The translations under genes were made by a program, and so were the position numbers. 64,000 bases of DNA from a bacterium (GTDB lineage Bacteria > SAR324 > XYD2-FULL-50-16 > G965216635): NCBI GenBank assembly GCA_965216635.1, contig OZ244188.1, positions 991,058 through 1,055,057 on the forward strand, written 5' to 3'. The notes beneath the pieces are model-generated. The model made no database searches. It saw only the letters and a program-made list of their open reading frames with translations, and was not told the DNA's origin. Of this stretch, positions 44,453-54,248 are shown in pieces (positions within the stretch are counted from its first letter, which is position 1; the number at the start of each line of letters is the position of its first letter).

Positions 44453-44539
44453 GTCTCGTTTTGCTAAAAATTTTTGGGTATAAAATACAGAAAAAGCACT
44501 AGCTTCTGTAGTCAAAACAGAAGCTAATGCAATAAATCC

Positions 44540-44610
44540 CTGATATTTTAAATCTGGTATTTTAAATCTGGTATTTTAAATCTGGTATTTTGAATTCTGA
44601 TATTTTGAAT
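44540..44610. repeat. Degenerate 13-15-bp tandem repeat (AAATCTGGTATTTT)
   Basis: Three near-perfect copies at 44551-44591 with degenerate flanking copies. Confidence 0.75.
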
Positions 44611-44662
44611 CAGGCATTATATTTGTGTCTATACCTGATTCAAAAAATCTCTCTCCAAATTA

Positions 44663-45478
44663 CTACTGACCTGCTTGAGTCTCTGCTCTACGATTTTTAC
44701 TCCAACAGGATTCTCTAGATTGATTACAAGCAGGTCTTTCTTCTCCATAAGAAAGAGTTCTTATATTTTGACTAGGAACGCCTTGCAGAATTAAATAATT
44801 CTTTACCACTAAGGCTCTTCTTTCTCCTAGTGCTAGGTTATATTCATTAGAACCTCTCTCATCTGCATGTCCCGCTATAACAACTTTTATAGAAGATAGA
44901 TCGTCAGTAGAATTAACAAAGTTATCTAAAACGGCTTTGTCTTCTTCTTTTAAAATTGCTTTATCATAATCAAAAAGCGCATTTTTAAGAGATATTGTTT
45001 CCGCTAATTCTTCTACTTCTTCTACTTCTTCTACTACTTCTTCTTCCTCTTCTTCTTCAATAGAATCTACAACAGATAAACTAACACCGCTATAAACTTC
45101 ATTAGTTCCTTCTGTTACAGCTGAATTTCTAAGGAATAAAAACAACCTTTCTTCTCCTGTGAATTCTGTCTCTTCTAAAGAGGCAATAGAACCCGATTCA
45201 AATCCTTCAGTAGAAGTAGAACCCACTGAATCTCTATCACTTTCAGCATCCTTTCCATAATAGACTACTAAATCTGTCACATTGCTAATAGAATCCTCAA
45301 GATTTAGATTTACTTCTCCTGCTACTTTTCCTTTATCAGGATCTTTATCAGAGAAGGTAAAACCATTTTGAACATCTTCTAGGATTTTACCTGTTAGAGG
45401 TGTAGGAATTTGAGCCCCACAACTCGCAAACAAAAGTAAAATCGCTACAAGAGTCAAAAGTACGATATTTTTTTGCAT
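44663..45478 (-). CDS. pal: Pal/OmpA-family lipoprotein with extended N-terminal domain
   Basis: Lipobox FASC; FDYDK, GHADERGSNEYNLALGERRA, SYGEERP, NRRAE. Confidence 0.85.
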   Translation of the reverse strand: MQKNIVLLTLVAILLLFASCGAQIPTPLTGKILEDVQNGFTFSDKDPDKGKVAGEVNLNLEDSISNVTDLVVYYGKDAESDRDSVGSTSTEGFESGSIASLEETEFTGEERLFLFLRNSAVTEGTNEVYSGVSLSVVDSIEEEEEEEVVEEVEEVEELAETISLKNALFDYDKAILKEEDKAVLDNFVNSTDDLSSIKVVIAGHADERGSNEYNLALGERRALVVKNYLILQGVPSQNIRTLSYGEERPACNQSRESCWSKNRRAETQAGQ

Positions 45479-45547
45479 ATAGTTTTTAGAAACCACCGTA
45501 TTGGCTAATCATTTCAATGAAACTGTTTCTCCTTCCAAAGTGTCATA

Positions 45548-45770
45548 TAGAACTTTGAATTTGCCAAATAGGACAAAACTAGCTGTTTAGCCAAACCAAG
45601 CTTATTACTTAACGTTTTTTATAGGCTATTTGTAAAAGAGCCAGTGGCTCAATAACTATAACCCTTATTTTGTGTTAAGCAGTAAGGGAGTATTCCAGCG
45701 AGCTAAAAAATTTTTAGCACCTGTTCTAACCATTTGGCTAGCCGTCACATAATACAAATTCAAAGTTCTA
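45548..45770. mobile_element. Palindromic intergenic element
   Basis: TAGAACTTTGAATTTG ... CAAATTCAAAGTTCTA. Confidence 0.8.
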
Positions 45771-45927
45771 TCAGTAAATAACACTACAAAACTTTTTCCA
45801 ATTGCCATGCAAAGCCAATACAGTGATTTTCTAATTGGTTAAAAAAAACAAAAACTTATTTAAGTCTAAACAAAAAATATTAAAAAAACAATAAAATATT
45901 ATTTTTTTTTTTTGCAATAAAAAATTC

Positions 45928-45956
45928 TTGACAAATAATTAGATAAAATTTATAAT
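45928..45956 (+). promoter_or_regulatory. Consensus sigma70 promoter
   Basis: TTGACA-17-TATAAT perfect match. Confidence 0.75.
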
Positions 45957-45984
45957 AAATTCAAAATCTTAATTACATAATACC

Positions 45985-46149
45985 ATGTTATCCTTTTTTT
46001 TCAGACTCATTACCAAGATGATTTTTTATAGTTTTATGACTATCTGCTCTATTTTTTTACCTCTTTATTACTTAGAGAAAAAAAACGAGCAAAAAACCCT
46101 AAAAAACTTGAAAAAAGTAGGAAAGAAAGAAGAGAAAGAAATATCCTAG
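45985..46149 (+). CDS. 54-aa small membrane protein (below ORF-track cutoff)
   Basis: Manual translation MLSFFFRLITKMIFYSFMTICSIFLPLYYLEKKNEQKTLKNLKKVGKKEEKEIS; sits directly behind the consensus promoter. Confidence 0.55.
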   Translation: MLSFFFRLITKMIFYSFMTICSIFLPLYYLEKKNEQKTLKNLKKVGKKEEKEIS

Positions 46150-46191
46150 GTTACAATCTCTCTATTATTGTATGATTTCGAGATATTTGAA

Positions 46192-47313
46192 TCACAAAAT
46201 AGGATAATATTTTCCTCCCGCTTCTTCACGCAACGCTCCTTTCAATTCTAAAGATGTAATATGCTGCATTGTTTCTTGTAGTGAAATTTTCAAAAAAGTA
46301 TTGATTTCTTCTGTAGAGGCTGGTTGTTTGTTGAGAAATTCCAATATTTCCAGTTCCTTTCCTTCAAAAATTTCTTTTTTCTTATAAATTTTAGAAGTTG
46401 TAGATGTTAAAATATCAGGCAGAAATTTTTGCAGGGCAAAGTTTTCTAAAATATCCTCTGCAGAGCTAAGCAATCTAGCTCCTTGCTTGATTAAGCTATT
46501 ACAGCCTTGATAAGAAACTGAATCTACAGTGCCTGGTAGAGCAAAAACTTCTCTGTTTTCCTTTATTGCAGAATGGGCTGTGATTAAAGCTCCACTCTTT
46601 AAAGCGGCTTCCATCACCACAACGGCAGAAGATAAACCACTAATAATTCTATTTCTTTGGGGAAAATGATACGGTTTTGGCTCTGCTAAACTCGTGAATT
46701 CAGAAATTATAGCTCCTCCTTGAGCAATAATTTTTTGCGCTAAATCAGTATGAGCTTTAGGATAAATATTCCCCAAACCAGAACCTAAAACAGCTATGGT
46801 CTTTAAACCAAAATCTAAAGCAGATTGATGAGCAATAGCATCTATTCCATAAGCTAGACCACTAACAATAACTATTTTATTATATCTTTCGCTTAAAGCC
46901 CGAATAATTTTTCTTGTTTGATTTTTCCCGTAATTAGAAAATTTACGAGAACCTACAAAAGCCACAAAAAAACACTCATCATCTGGAATTTCTCCGTGAT
47001 AAAAAAGCAGCGATGGCGGACTATAGATTTCTTTGAGAAGTAATGGATAATGACTCTGGAATACGGAAATAAGCTGAATATTGCGCTTTTCTATCTGTTG
47101 AATTTCTTTTTCTAAGAGATCTTGAATGGCTTTATCTTTTAAATTGCTAATGCTCTCTTTATTCAATCCTAAATCGTAAAATATTTCATCTTTGTAAGAT
47201 TCAATTTTTTCTAAATTTAAGCCTCTTTTTAAGATAGCAGCTATTTTTTTCTCGCCTAAACCTGATACTAGACAAAGTTTCAGTAGATTGTAGTTTTGAT
47301 TTTTTTCTACCAC
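46192..47313 (-). CDS. dprA: DNA processing protein DprA
   Basis: VGSRK.S.YG, SGLAYGIDAIAH, FPQRNRIISGLS, SGALITA, C-terminal wHTH. Confidence 0.95.
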   Translation of the reverse strand: MVEKNQNYNLLKLCLVSGLGEKKIAAILKRGLNLEKIESYKDEIFYDLGLNKESISNLKDKAIQDLLEKEIQQIEKRNIQLISVFQSHYPLLLKEIYSPPSLLFYHGEIPDDECFFVAFVGSRKFSNYGKNQTRKIIRALSERYNKIVIVSGLAYGIDAIAHQSALDFGLKTIAVLGSGLGNIYPKAHTDLAQKIIAQGGAIISEFTSLAEPKPYHFPQRNRIISGLSSAVVVMEAALKSGALITAHSAIKENREVFALPGTVDSVSYQGCNSLIKQGARLLSSAEDILENFALQKFLPDILTSTTSKIYKKKEIFEGKELEILEFLNKQPASTEEINTFLKISLQETMQHITSLELKGALREEAGGKYYPIL

Positions 47314-47334
47314 TAGATTCAGAGAGACTATAGA

Positions 47335-48207
47335 TTAAAGACGACGAAGTAAATTTTGCGCTTGTTTGGCAGCTTGAGAATCTGGATAGTATCTAATAAC
47401 CAACTGATAATAACCTTTACTATAGCTAGGATTTTTTTTCTCTTGAATTTTCCCTAATCTCAATAGAGCATCAGCAGTTTTTCCTCCTTTTTCAGTGCTT
47501 AAAAAACTATAATTTTGAAGTAAATAGGCTAAATACTGTTGTGCTTTATCTTCTTTTTTTGTTCTCAAATAAGACATAGCAATCCAAAAAACAGCATTAT
47601 CTGCCTCGTTGGCATTGGGGTAAAATGCTATAAATTTACTAAATTCTCTAATGGCTTGGTCGTATTTTCCTTGTGAATATAAAAGATAAGTAGTTTTGTA
47701 TTTTTTCTTTGCTACAGAGATCTGTTTGGAGCGGATAGGGTCTACAGGTGAGCTATAAAACAAGCTAGGTTTTATTTTTTGAACGTCAAGCAGTTTTATA
47801 TTGTTTTCTAAAAAATCACTCTTTGCATTATTATTAGAAGAACGGAGTTTTAAATCTTCGTCTTTTTTATTTTTGCCTATCTGAAAAGGAAGGTCTTGAT
47901 TTTTCAAACGGAATTCTTTTTCTAGCTCTCTATTGAGAGATTGAATAATAATTTTTTCTTCTCTCTGTGTTTGTTTTGTTTTTTGATTAGATTGATAGAT
48001 TTGTTGTAAAGCAATAATTTTTTCTTCTTTTGCTTCCAATGATTTTTCCAGTTCTTTTATTCTTTGCTCTAAAAAGCGAATATGCTCATTCGCTACTACT
48101 TGCTCAAATGCAGGATCTACGGGGACACTTGGGACAGAATTATTTCCTGAAGTAGCTATAGAACAGCTCCCAATAGTAATAACAAATATAAAAAAAAAAT
48201 ATTTCAT
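47335..48207 (-). CDS. cpoB: CpoB/YbgF-like coiled-coil plus TPR lipoprotein
   Basis: Lipobox GSC, coiled coil, YPNANEADNAVFWIA...DALLRLG...YPDSQAA. Confidence 0.7.
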   Translation of the reverse strand: MKYFFFIFVITIGSCSIATSGNNSVPSVPVDPAFEQVVANEHIRFLEQRIKELEKSLEAKEEKIIALQQIYQSNQKTKQTQREEKIIIQSLNRELEKEFRLKNQDLPFQIGKNKKDEDLKLRSSNNNAKSDFLENNIKLLDVQKIKPSLFYSSPVDPIRSKQISVAKKKYKTTYLLYSQGKYDQAIREFSKFIAFYPNANEADNAVFWIAMSYLRTKKEDKAQQYLAYLLQNYSFLSTEKGGKTADALLRLGKIQEKKNPSYSKGYYQLVIRYYPDSQAAKQAQNLLRRL

Positions 48208-48211
48208 TATT

Positions 48212-48919
48212 TTAAATATTTTCTAGTTCTTCTACTTTAGCAGTTAAGTTGAATATTTTATAGATAAGAATCAGTTTTTCTATAGCTTTTTCTTTTTCAG
48301 AAAAATCAGTAAAATTTTTTAGTAAATACTCATACCTTAAAATAGCAGAGAAATAAAGTTTCCTATCATAATACCACTCCGCTACTTGATATTCGTGTTC
48401 TGCAAGTAAATTATGTGCTATTTTATAAAATTCTGTAGCATCTTTTAGATAGACACTATTATTGTGAAGTAATAACAAACGATAGTAATCGTCTACAATA
48501 TCATTCAAAAAAGAATGGGCTTTGTCTGATTGAGCTTTATCTTTAAAAAAATTTTTCTCATTTTTTCTTAAAGCAACAATCATCAAACGAATCAAAGCAT
48601 AAGGAACATAGTATCCTCCTTCTTGCTGAATATAATAATCGTAATAGATAGAACTTTGGTTTAAACCACTAGTAGATCCTATATCTAAGTGAGAATCTGC
48701 TAAAGCAAGATTGCTCAAAGGAACATATTTTGAGTTAGAAAAATCTTTATTGATTCTTTGAAAATTCAAGATGGCTTTTTGTTTTTTTTCATCGTAATAA
48801 GCAACCATTCCTTCTTGATAAACACCTACATGACTGGTATAAACTACCGTTTGGGTGCAACCAAAAAAGGAAAAAAAAAGTAGCGTAAAAACAAGGGTAT
48901 AAATTATTATCCGAAACAT
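48212..48919 (-). CDS. bamD: Outer membrane assembly lipoprotein BamD
   Basis: Lipobox FGC, TPRs, LAEHEYQVAEWYY...SAILRY. Confidence 0.8.
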   Translation of the reverse strand: MFRIIIYTLVFTLLFFSFFGCTQTVVYTSHVGVYQEGMVAYYDEKKQKAILNFQRINKDFSNSKYVPLSNLALADSHLDIGSTSGLNQSSIYYDYYIQQEGGYYVPYALIRLMIVALRKNEKNFFKDKAQSDKAHSFLNDIVDDYYRLLLLHNNSVYLKDATEFYKIAHNLLAEHEYQVAEWYYDRKLYFSAILRYEYLLKNFTDFSEKEKAIEKLILIYKIFNLTAKVEELENI

Positions 48920-48975
48920 TGTAATTAAAGTGTTTAAATATCTTTGATTTCAGGCATTCTAGCCCAGTAGTAATA

Positions 48976-49209
48976 TAGACTTTTTAATTTGCATTCTGTT
49001 TAGCCCATGCAGCGTTGAAAAAAAAATTTTTAGCTCGCAGGAATATCAATGAAAAACACTGTAAAGCCCAAGTAAATTTGTAAGTAAATTTGTAAGACTA
49101 AACAGTGTCACCATAATAAAACATATTTCCAGAAATCTCAACCAACGAGGAATAAAAAAAATTTAACGATTGCTTTGGCTAAACTTTGGTAAGCAAATTC
49201 AAAGGTCTC
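48976..49209. mobile_element. Palindromic intergenic element
   Basis: TAGACTTTTTAATTTGC ... GCAAATTCAAAGGTCTC. Confidence 0.75.
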
Positions 49210-49277
49210 ATATTATTGAAGTAGCCCTTACCAATTCAACGGTCTCATATTATTGAAGTAGTCCTTACCAATTCAAC
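49204..49277. repeat. 2x37-bp tandem duplication at element end / MFS stop
   Basis: GGTCTCATATTATTGAAGTAG(C/T)CCTTACCAATTCAAC twice. Confidence 0.9.
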
Positions 49278-50457
49278 GGGGTGGATTTTCAAACTTTCTC
49301 AAAAGTAGTAAAAAAAACATCCCGTAGGCAAGCAAAAAAAAATAAACAAAAAAAATATTATAATTTAGCAAAAAGCCACTGCCAAGAGCCCCTACAAAAT
49401 GTCCAAAAAATTGGAATGTTTGAAAAAAACCACTAGCCGTTCCCTTATTTTCTTTACTACTTAAACGGGTAACTAAAGAAGGAAAAATAGGTTCAAAGAT
49501 ACTAAACCCAATAAAAAAAAGCACTAGCCCTGCTACAATAAACCAAAAATTAAGCTGGTAAATGCCAAAAATTGCCAAAATAAAAGAAGACATCAAAAAA
49601 CCCACCCCTAATAAAATACCTCTATCAAATTTATTTTTACTCTCTACATAAAAAGTAACAGGAAACATAAATAAAAAACTCATTGCCAACATCAAAAGAT
49701 AAATTTTCCATAATTCTTCTTTAGGAAAACCTAGATAGTTAAATAAAAAAATTTGACTAATAAACAGAACACTAGAAAGCCCCATTCCACTAAAAAAAGA
49801 GCCGAAGTAGATAATTCTTAATTGCCTGTTTTTTAAACAACTTTGTAAAGAAGTCTTAAAAGCTATATTTTTTTTAGGACGAGTATTTGTATCTTGGATA
49901 AACAAAATCACTACTCCTAAAGAAATAAAACTTAAAACAGCAATTAGCTGAAAAAAATGATGAATATTCCACCAAATAGAAAGAATCGGAGCTAAAACAA
50001 AAGCTAAACAAAAAGCAATACCAATACTCATCCCTAAGAAAGCACTAGCTCTAGCCCTCACAGAATCTCTTGTTTTATCCGCAAGCAGCGCAAAAATGAC
50101 TGATGCCATTGCACCCATTCCTTGAATAAAACGCGCAAGAATAATCCAATAAATGTTATTCGCATAGCTGGCAAGCAGACTACCTAAAAAAAATAAAATT
50201 AATGCCCCAACAAGAACTTTTTTTCTGCCCCAAACATCCGAAAAATAGCCTGCTGGAAGCTGACATAATCCTTGCGTTAGACCATAAATTCCAAAAGCTA
50301 AGGCTACTAAAAAAAAATTCGCATAATCTACCTCCTGCGCCAATATATTAAAGACTGGAAGGATAAAAAAAATAGAAAACATCCTGAAAAACAAAACCAG
50401 ACCCAGCAAACAAACTGCGATTATTTCAGTTTTTTGTAAAGCAATAAACTTTTTCAT
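49273..50457 (-). CDS. MFS transporter, YajR-like
   Basis: RMFSIFFILPV, GIYGLTQ...SDVWGRK, ARFIQGMGA. Confidence 0.85.
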   Translation of the reverse strand: MKKFIALQKTEIIAVCLLGLVLFFRMFSIFFILPVFNILAQEVDYANFFLVALAFGIYGLTQGLCQLPAGYFSDVWGRKKVLVGALILFFLGSLLASYANNIYWIILARFIQGMGAMASVIFALLADKTRDSVRARASAFLGMSIGIAFCLAFVLAPILSIWWNIHHFFQLIAVLSFISLGVVILFIQDTNTRPKKNIAFKTSLQSCLKNRQLRIIYFGSFFSGMGLSSVLFISQIFLFNYLGFPKEELWKIYLLMLAMSFLFMFPVTFYVESKNKFDRGILLGVGFLMSSFILAIFGIYQLNFWFIVAGLVLFFIGFSIFEPIFPSLVTRLSSKENKGTASGFFQTFQFFGHFVGALGSGFLLNYNIFFVYFFLLAYGMFFLLLLRKFENPPR

Positions 50458-50479
50458 AAAAAAATTTTAAAACCTCAAG

Positions 50480-50860
50480 TTATTTTCTAGTAATCCAGTG
50501 TGAAAAAACGCTAATAAGAATAAAAAAGCTGGTGTAAAAATGGATAGGATTCCAAATATCTACATAATCGGCGTCGTAAAAAAAAAGTACTGCTCCACTG
50601 ATTAAAACAACCCCTATTAAGAATAAATGAATCAAACCACTGTAGGCTGTTTTTTTTTGATTTTTTTTAGCAAAACTCTCTTTATGAATTTTGAGATGCT
50701 CTATACTATACAAAATAAAAAATACAGCAGCAAAAAAACCTAATACAGTATGAAAAATTTTTACAAAATAGCCCCATTCTAAAAAATAGCTTCCCCAAAA
50801 ATACAGTGCACTCCCGCTCACAAGCAGAAGTAAGAAAATAGCTTGCAATAAAAAATACAT
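50480..50860 (-). CDS. Small 4-TM protein, cytochrome b-like (His in helices)
   Basis: Four hydrophobic segments with His residues (HTVLG, EHLKIH, HLFL, IHF, SHW). Confidence 0.55.
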   Translation of the reverse strand: MYFLLQAIFLLLLVSGSALYFWGSYFLEWGYFVKIFHTVLGFFAAVFFILYSIEHLKIHKESFAKKNQKKTAYSGLIHLFLIGVVLISGAVLFFYDADYVDIWNPIHFYTSFFILISVFSHWITRK

Positions 50861-50981
50861 GAGACTTTTGAATTTGCATTCTGTTTAGCCAAAACAAACG
50901 TTGAAAATGCAGCGTTGAAAAAAATTTTAACGGTTGCTTTGGCTGAACAGAACGCTAAATTTCACTACTAGCAAAGGTCTC
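50861..50981. mobile_element. Palindromic intergenic element
   Basis: GAGACTTTTGAATTTGC ... GCAAAGGTCTC; abuts ATG of 50860 gene. Confidence 0.75.
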
Positions 50982-50983
50982 TT

Positions 50984-52153
50984 TTAATCTAACAGAGATA
51001 AAGAGTGAATTTTTACTCCCCAACAGGCAAGTCTATCTAGCCATTGTACTGCTTTTTGGGGGTTGCTTGTAGCTAGTTGAACTCCAGCGGCGGTTTCATT
51101 TTTAAGAATACTACAAACAGAACAAGCCACAGTTCCCGATACTGTTTTTGCCATAGCGCTCTCTTTGTTATCACCTAATAAATCTAAAAGGTATGCCTTA
51201 TGCCAAACTTTCTGTTCCTTTTCAAAGGCAGCCAAAGAGACATAAAGCAATACCCTGTCGTAGTCTTTTTCTTGGTCGCCAGTTTGGTAGGAATATTGAG
51301 TAGCCAATTTATTCGCCAATTTTTCTAAATTTTCTTCAGAGCCTTTTTCTAATGTTTGAAATACTTCTCGCCAAGCGGTTTTCCAACCTTTTAGACGCAA
51401 AGTTCCACGTACGAATTTTTCTATCTGCCAGTGTTTTGGAAATTGATAAATATCTACATAAGGTAGACTATCTCTATTCGGGTAGCATTCTAGCTCTTCC
51501 TCTTTGATCTTATAATTTTTTACTGCCAACCAAGGGGCTGGAGTTTTTACAATTTTGCTGTCCTCTATATGCTGAGCTGGAGACTTTAAAGCTCGCAAAA
51601 CCCCTGCAGGTGCCCAGCTAAATTTATAACAAAAATCATTCGGCACTGCTGGAAAGCCCCCGCAAAAAGATTCAAATTTTACAGATATATTTGCTGCTTC
51701 CGTTTCTCGCAAACAATTTTTTACTAAAATATGTGAAAAAAGATGGTCTATACCAGGGTCTAACCCTGTTTCTAGTTGCACCACTAAACCTTTTTTTGCA
51801 GCAGAGTAAGCCGCTTGGCTCGTTTCAGGGTTTAAATAACTACTGCTTACAAAATGGGCTTCTTTTAAATTACAAATTTCCGCTCCTTCTGCTTGGTAAT
51901 GGCTAGGTATCATAGACACCAGAATATCTCCTCGCTTCAGAGATTGTTTTAAATTTTCAGAAGTATATTGACGAATCTCTACTCTATTTTGTAATCCTAA
52001 TTTTACAAGCAATTTTTCTGCACTTTCTAGATTTCTATTCCAAAAAATACATTCCTTGCTTCTTTTGACTATATCGTTCAAACCACTTCCAGTAGATAAA
52101 CCAGCCCCAATCCAATGGACTGTGCCGTTTGCGGGGATAAGATTTTGTTTCAT
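50984..52153 (-). CDS. Saccharopine dehydrogenase (L-glutamate-forming, Lys9/SDH-like)
   Basis: IGAGLS, ETGLDPGIDH, SFCGG.P, YKFSWAP.GV, YPNRDS, RGTLR. Confidence 0.88.
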   Translation of the reverse strand: MKQNLIPANGTVHWIGAGLSTGSGLNDIVKRSKECIFWNRNLESAEKLLVKLGLQNRVEIRQYTSENLKQSLKRGDILVSMIPSHYQAEGAEICNLKEAHFVSSSYLNPETSQAAYSAAKKGLVVQLETGLDPGIDHLFSHILVKNCLRETEAANISVKFESFCGGFPAVPNDFCYKFSWAPAGVLRALKSPAQHIEDSKIVKTPAPWLAVKNYKIKEEELECYPNRDSLPYVDIYQFPKHWQIEKFVRGTLRLKGWKTAWREVFQTLEKGSEENLEKLANKLATQYSYQTGDQEKDYDRVLLYVSLAAFEKEQKVWHKAYLLDLLGDNKESAMAKTVSGTVACSVCSILKNETAAGVQLATSNPQKAVQWLDRLACWGVKIHSLSLLD

Positions 52154-53277
52154 AGATTATTTAAAAAATGGGATTTACATCTCTGCCAAATTTTACCTTC
52201 TAATTTTAAAATCAAAGGAGTCAAGTTTTGAGAAAAATCTAAACTGGATTCCTTAGGTAGTAATGAAGGCAAATTATCTAATGCAATGAGTTCTAATTTA
52301 TCTTTAACAGAAAAAAGAGGTTTTTGCCAAGTCGTCAATGTTTTATAAATTGGTAGTAAATTATTAGTAGAGCCCACATCACAGGTAACATCACAAATAA
52401 GATTTAAGTTTTTAGGTGTTTCCAAATCTGCCAGAGTTAAAAAAGGCTCGCTGCTCTGTTCGTGGGGATGCCCTACACAAACACAATGAATAAGTATATC
52501 TTGTTCTAAAATTTTCTTTTTGTGCAAAACTTGGGTTTCTTCTTTATCCCATAAAAGCAGTTCTGAAGAAATATTTTTAAGAGCATCCTTTGCTCCCCTA
52601 CCAGACCTACCTTTAGCGCCTGTAATCAAAATTCTAGGTTTTACTGTGGGCTCTAATACCAGTGATGCTAATTCTTGAATTTGTTTTTGAATAGTCTCTT
52701 TGTTGGTAGGATGAAGATTTCTTGTTTCAAGTTTGCTTGTTTCAAGTTTGCTGTGGCTAGGTATCTTTGCTTGGAGACGCAACCAATGTATCAAAGCAAG
52801 AGTAGCTCCTGCATAACCAGCCCAGTAACCAAAAGCAACCAAACGAATCCCGTTTTCAGAGGTTAAATATTCCAAATCAAAAAGACTGCCCTTACCTCTT
52901 TTAAACCGTGAGAGTAAATTTTGTGAACCTTTTTGTCCTTTGAAACAATGAGCGAAAAATATATGCTGTCCTGTAAGCTCAGTAGGCTCTGTTGGTAATT
53001 CTTTTAATCCTAAAATCCAAGTATTTTTAGAGGGAGACAAATGAATCCATTCGGCTGCTTTTGTCAATTCGCAACCTACAACTTTGTAAGCTTCGTCTTT
53101 AAAACAACGGTTAGAAGAACTCTCTACCAAAACCTGATAACCAGCCTCTAATAATTTTTTTGCATCTTCTGGAACAAGCGGAGTGCGGTATTCATCTGCT
53201 TTTGTCTCTGCTCGTAAATAAATTGTCTTCTGGTAAATTGTTTTTGGGGGCAAGTGGTTGTTTTTGGTATCTCCCAT
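52150..53277 (-). CDS. Saccharopine dehydrogenase (L-lysine-forming) / lysine-ketoglutarate reductase, Lys1-like
   Basis: LRAETK..E.RTPLVP, GLKELP, FAHCFKGQ, LFDLEYL, FGYWAG, DVTCD, DNLPSLLPKESS.DFS. Confidence 0.9.
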   Translation of the reverse strand: MGDTKNNHLPPKTIYQKTIYLRAETKADEYRTPLVPEDAKKLLEAGYQVLVESSSNRCFKDEAYKVVGCELTKAAEWIHLSPSKNTWILGLKELPTEPTELTGQHIFFAHCFKGQKGSQNLLSRFKRGKGSLFDLEYLTSENGIRLVAFGYWAGYAGATLALIHWLRLQAKIPSHSKLETSKLETRNLHPTNKETIQKQIQELASLVLEPTVKPRILITGAKGRSGRGAKDALKNISSELLLWDKEETQVLHKKKILEQDILIHCVCVGHPHEQSSEPFLTLADLETPKNLNLICDVTCDVGSTNNLLPIYKTLTTWQKPLFSVKDKLELIALDNLPSLLPKESSLDFSQNLTPLILKLEGKIWQRCKSHFLNNL

Positions 53278-53395
53278 TAGTTTTAGCGCTCAAGAATAGG
53301 CTGAAATTTAGCAGAAAAAAAAGCTATCGTTTCTAGTAAAACTAAAAACAATAGCTTGTGTTTCTTTTGAGAAATGGAAAAACAGTCTTTATTTT

Positions 53396-53467
53396 GATCT
53401 TTTGCTAAACTTGTATTTAAAGCAATAAGCCTGTTTTTCCGAACTAGAACGCTAATTCAGAGGTCTC
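53396..53467. mobile_element. Short palindromic element
   Basis: GATCTTTGCTAAAC ... CGCTAATTCAGAGGTCTC. Confidence 0.6.
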
Positions 53468-53480
53468 TTTCTTATTTTAA

Positions 53481-54155
53481 TCAACTCCTTCTACCACCTA
53501 AAATAATAAGCAGGTGAATAAATAATTGTAAGATATCTATATAAAGCGAAAGAGCTCCCGCTATGTATTCGTCTGTATTATATCTCCTTATGATATTGGA
53601 GGTATCGTAAAGTATAAATCCAGAGAATAAGAAAACTCCAATCCAAGCCATAAAGTATTGCAAATCAAAACTTTTGAAAAGAAATACATTCAACAGACCA
53701 CCCACAATCATTAGAACAAGGCCTACCCATAAAATTCCTCCCAAAAAAGAAAAGTCTTTTTTAGAAATAAAAACATAAGCCGTTAAACCGCAAAAAGCAA
53801 CACCAGTCAATAATGCCGCTTGAGCAGCTACTGGTTTATAAACATAGATTAGTGGAGATACCGTAATGCCCGACAAAATAGTAAAAGTAAAAAGCAGTAT
53901 CAAACCTAATGTCGCTGCTTTTCTTTTCCAAAGACACAAAATAAGTACCCCTAATTCAGCAATATAGAAAACCCAATAGTTCTGAGACACTGTGATTAAA
54001 AAACCCTCGTTGCTCAGAGTATAAACAGAGGCTAATATTCCTGACAGCAAACTCAAACCCAATAGGCCATAAACCTTTTTAATAAACGCCATCCTATCCG
54101 AAACTTCTGCCTGAACTACTGGGATAGCTAGGCTTTTTTTAGTCAATGTACTCAT
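53481..54155 (-). CDS. Bax inhibitor-1/YccA family membrane protein
   Basis: FIKKVY, KKDFSFLG, LFSGFILYDTS, ALSLYIDILQLF. Confidence 0.9.
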   Translation of the reverse strand: MSTLTKKSLAIPVVQAEVSDRMAFIKKVYGLLGLSLLSGILASVYTLSNEGFLITVSQNYWVFYIAELGVLILCLWKRKAATLGLILLFTFTILSGITVSPLIYVYKPVAAQAALLTGVAFCGLTAYVFISKKDFSFLGGILWVGLVLMIVGGLLNVFLFKSFDLQYFMAWIGVFLFSGFILYDTSNIIRRYNTDEYIAGALSLYIDILQLFIHLLIILGGRRS

Positions 54156-54248
54156 AATTTTTTTAGAAAAGTTAAGAATTGTTGCTTTAAAGCAACAATT
54201 CATTGGTTATAAAAACTATAGTTTAATATAAAAACAAATAATTAACAA

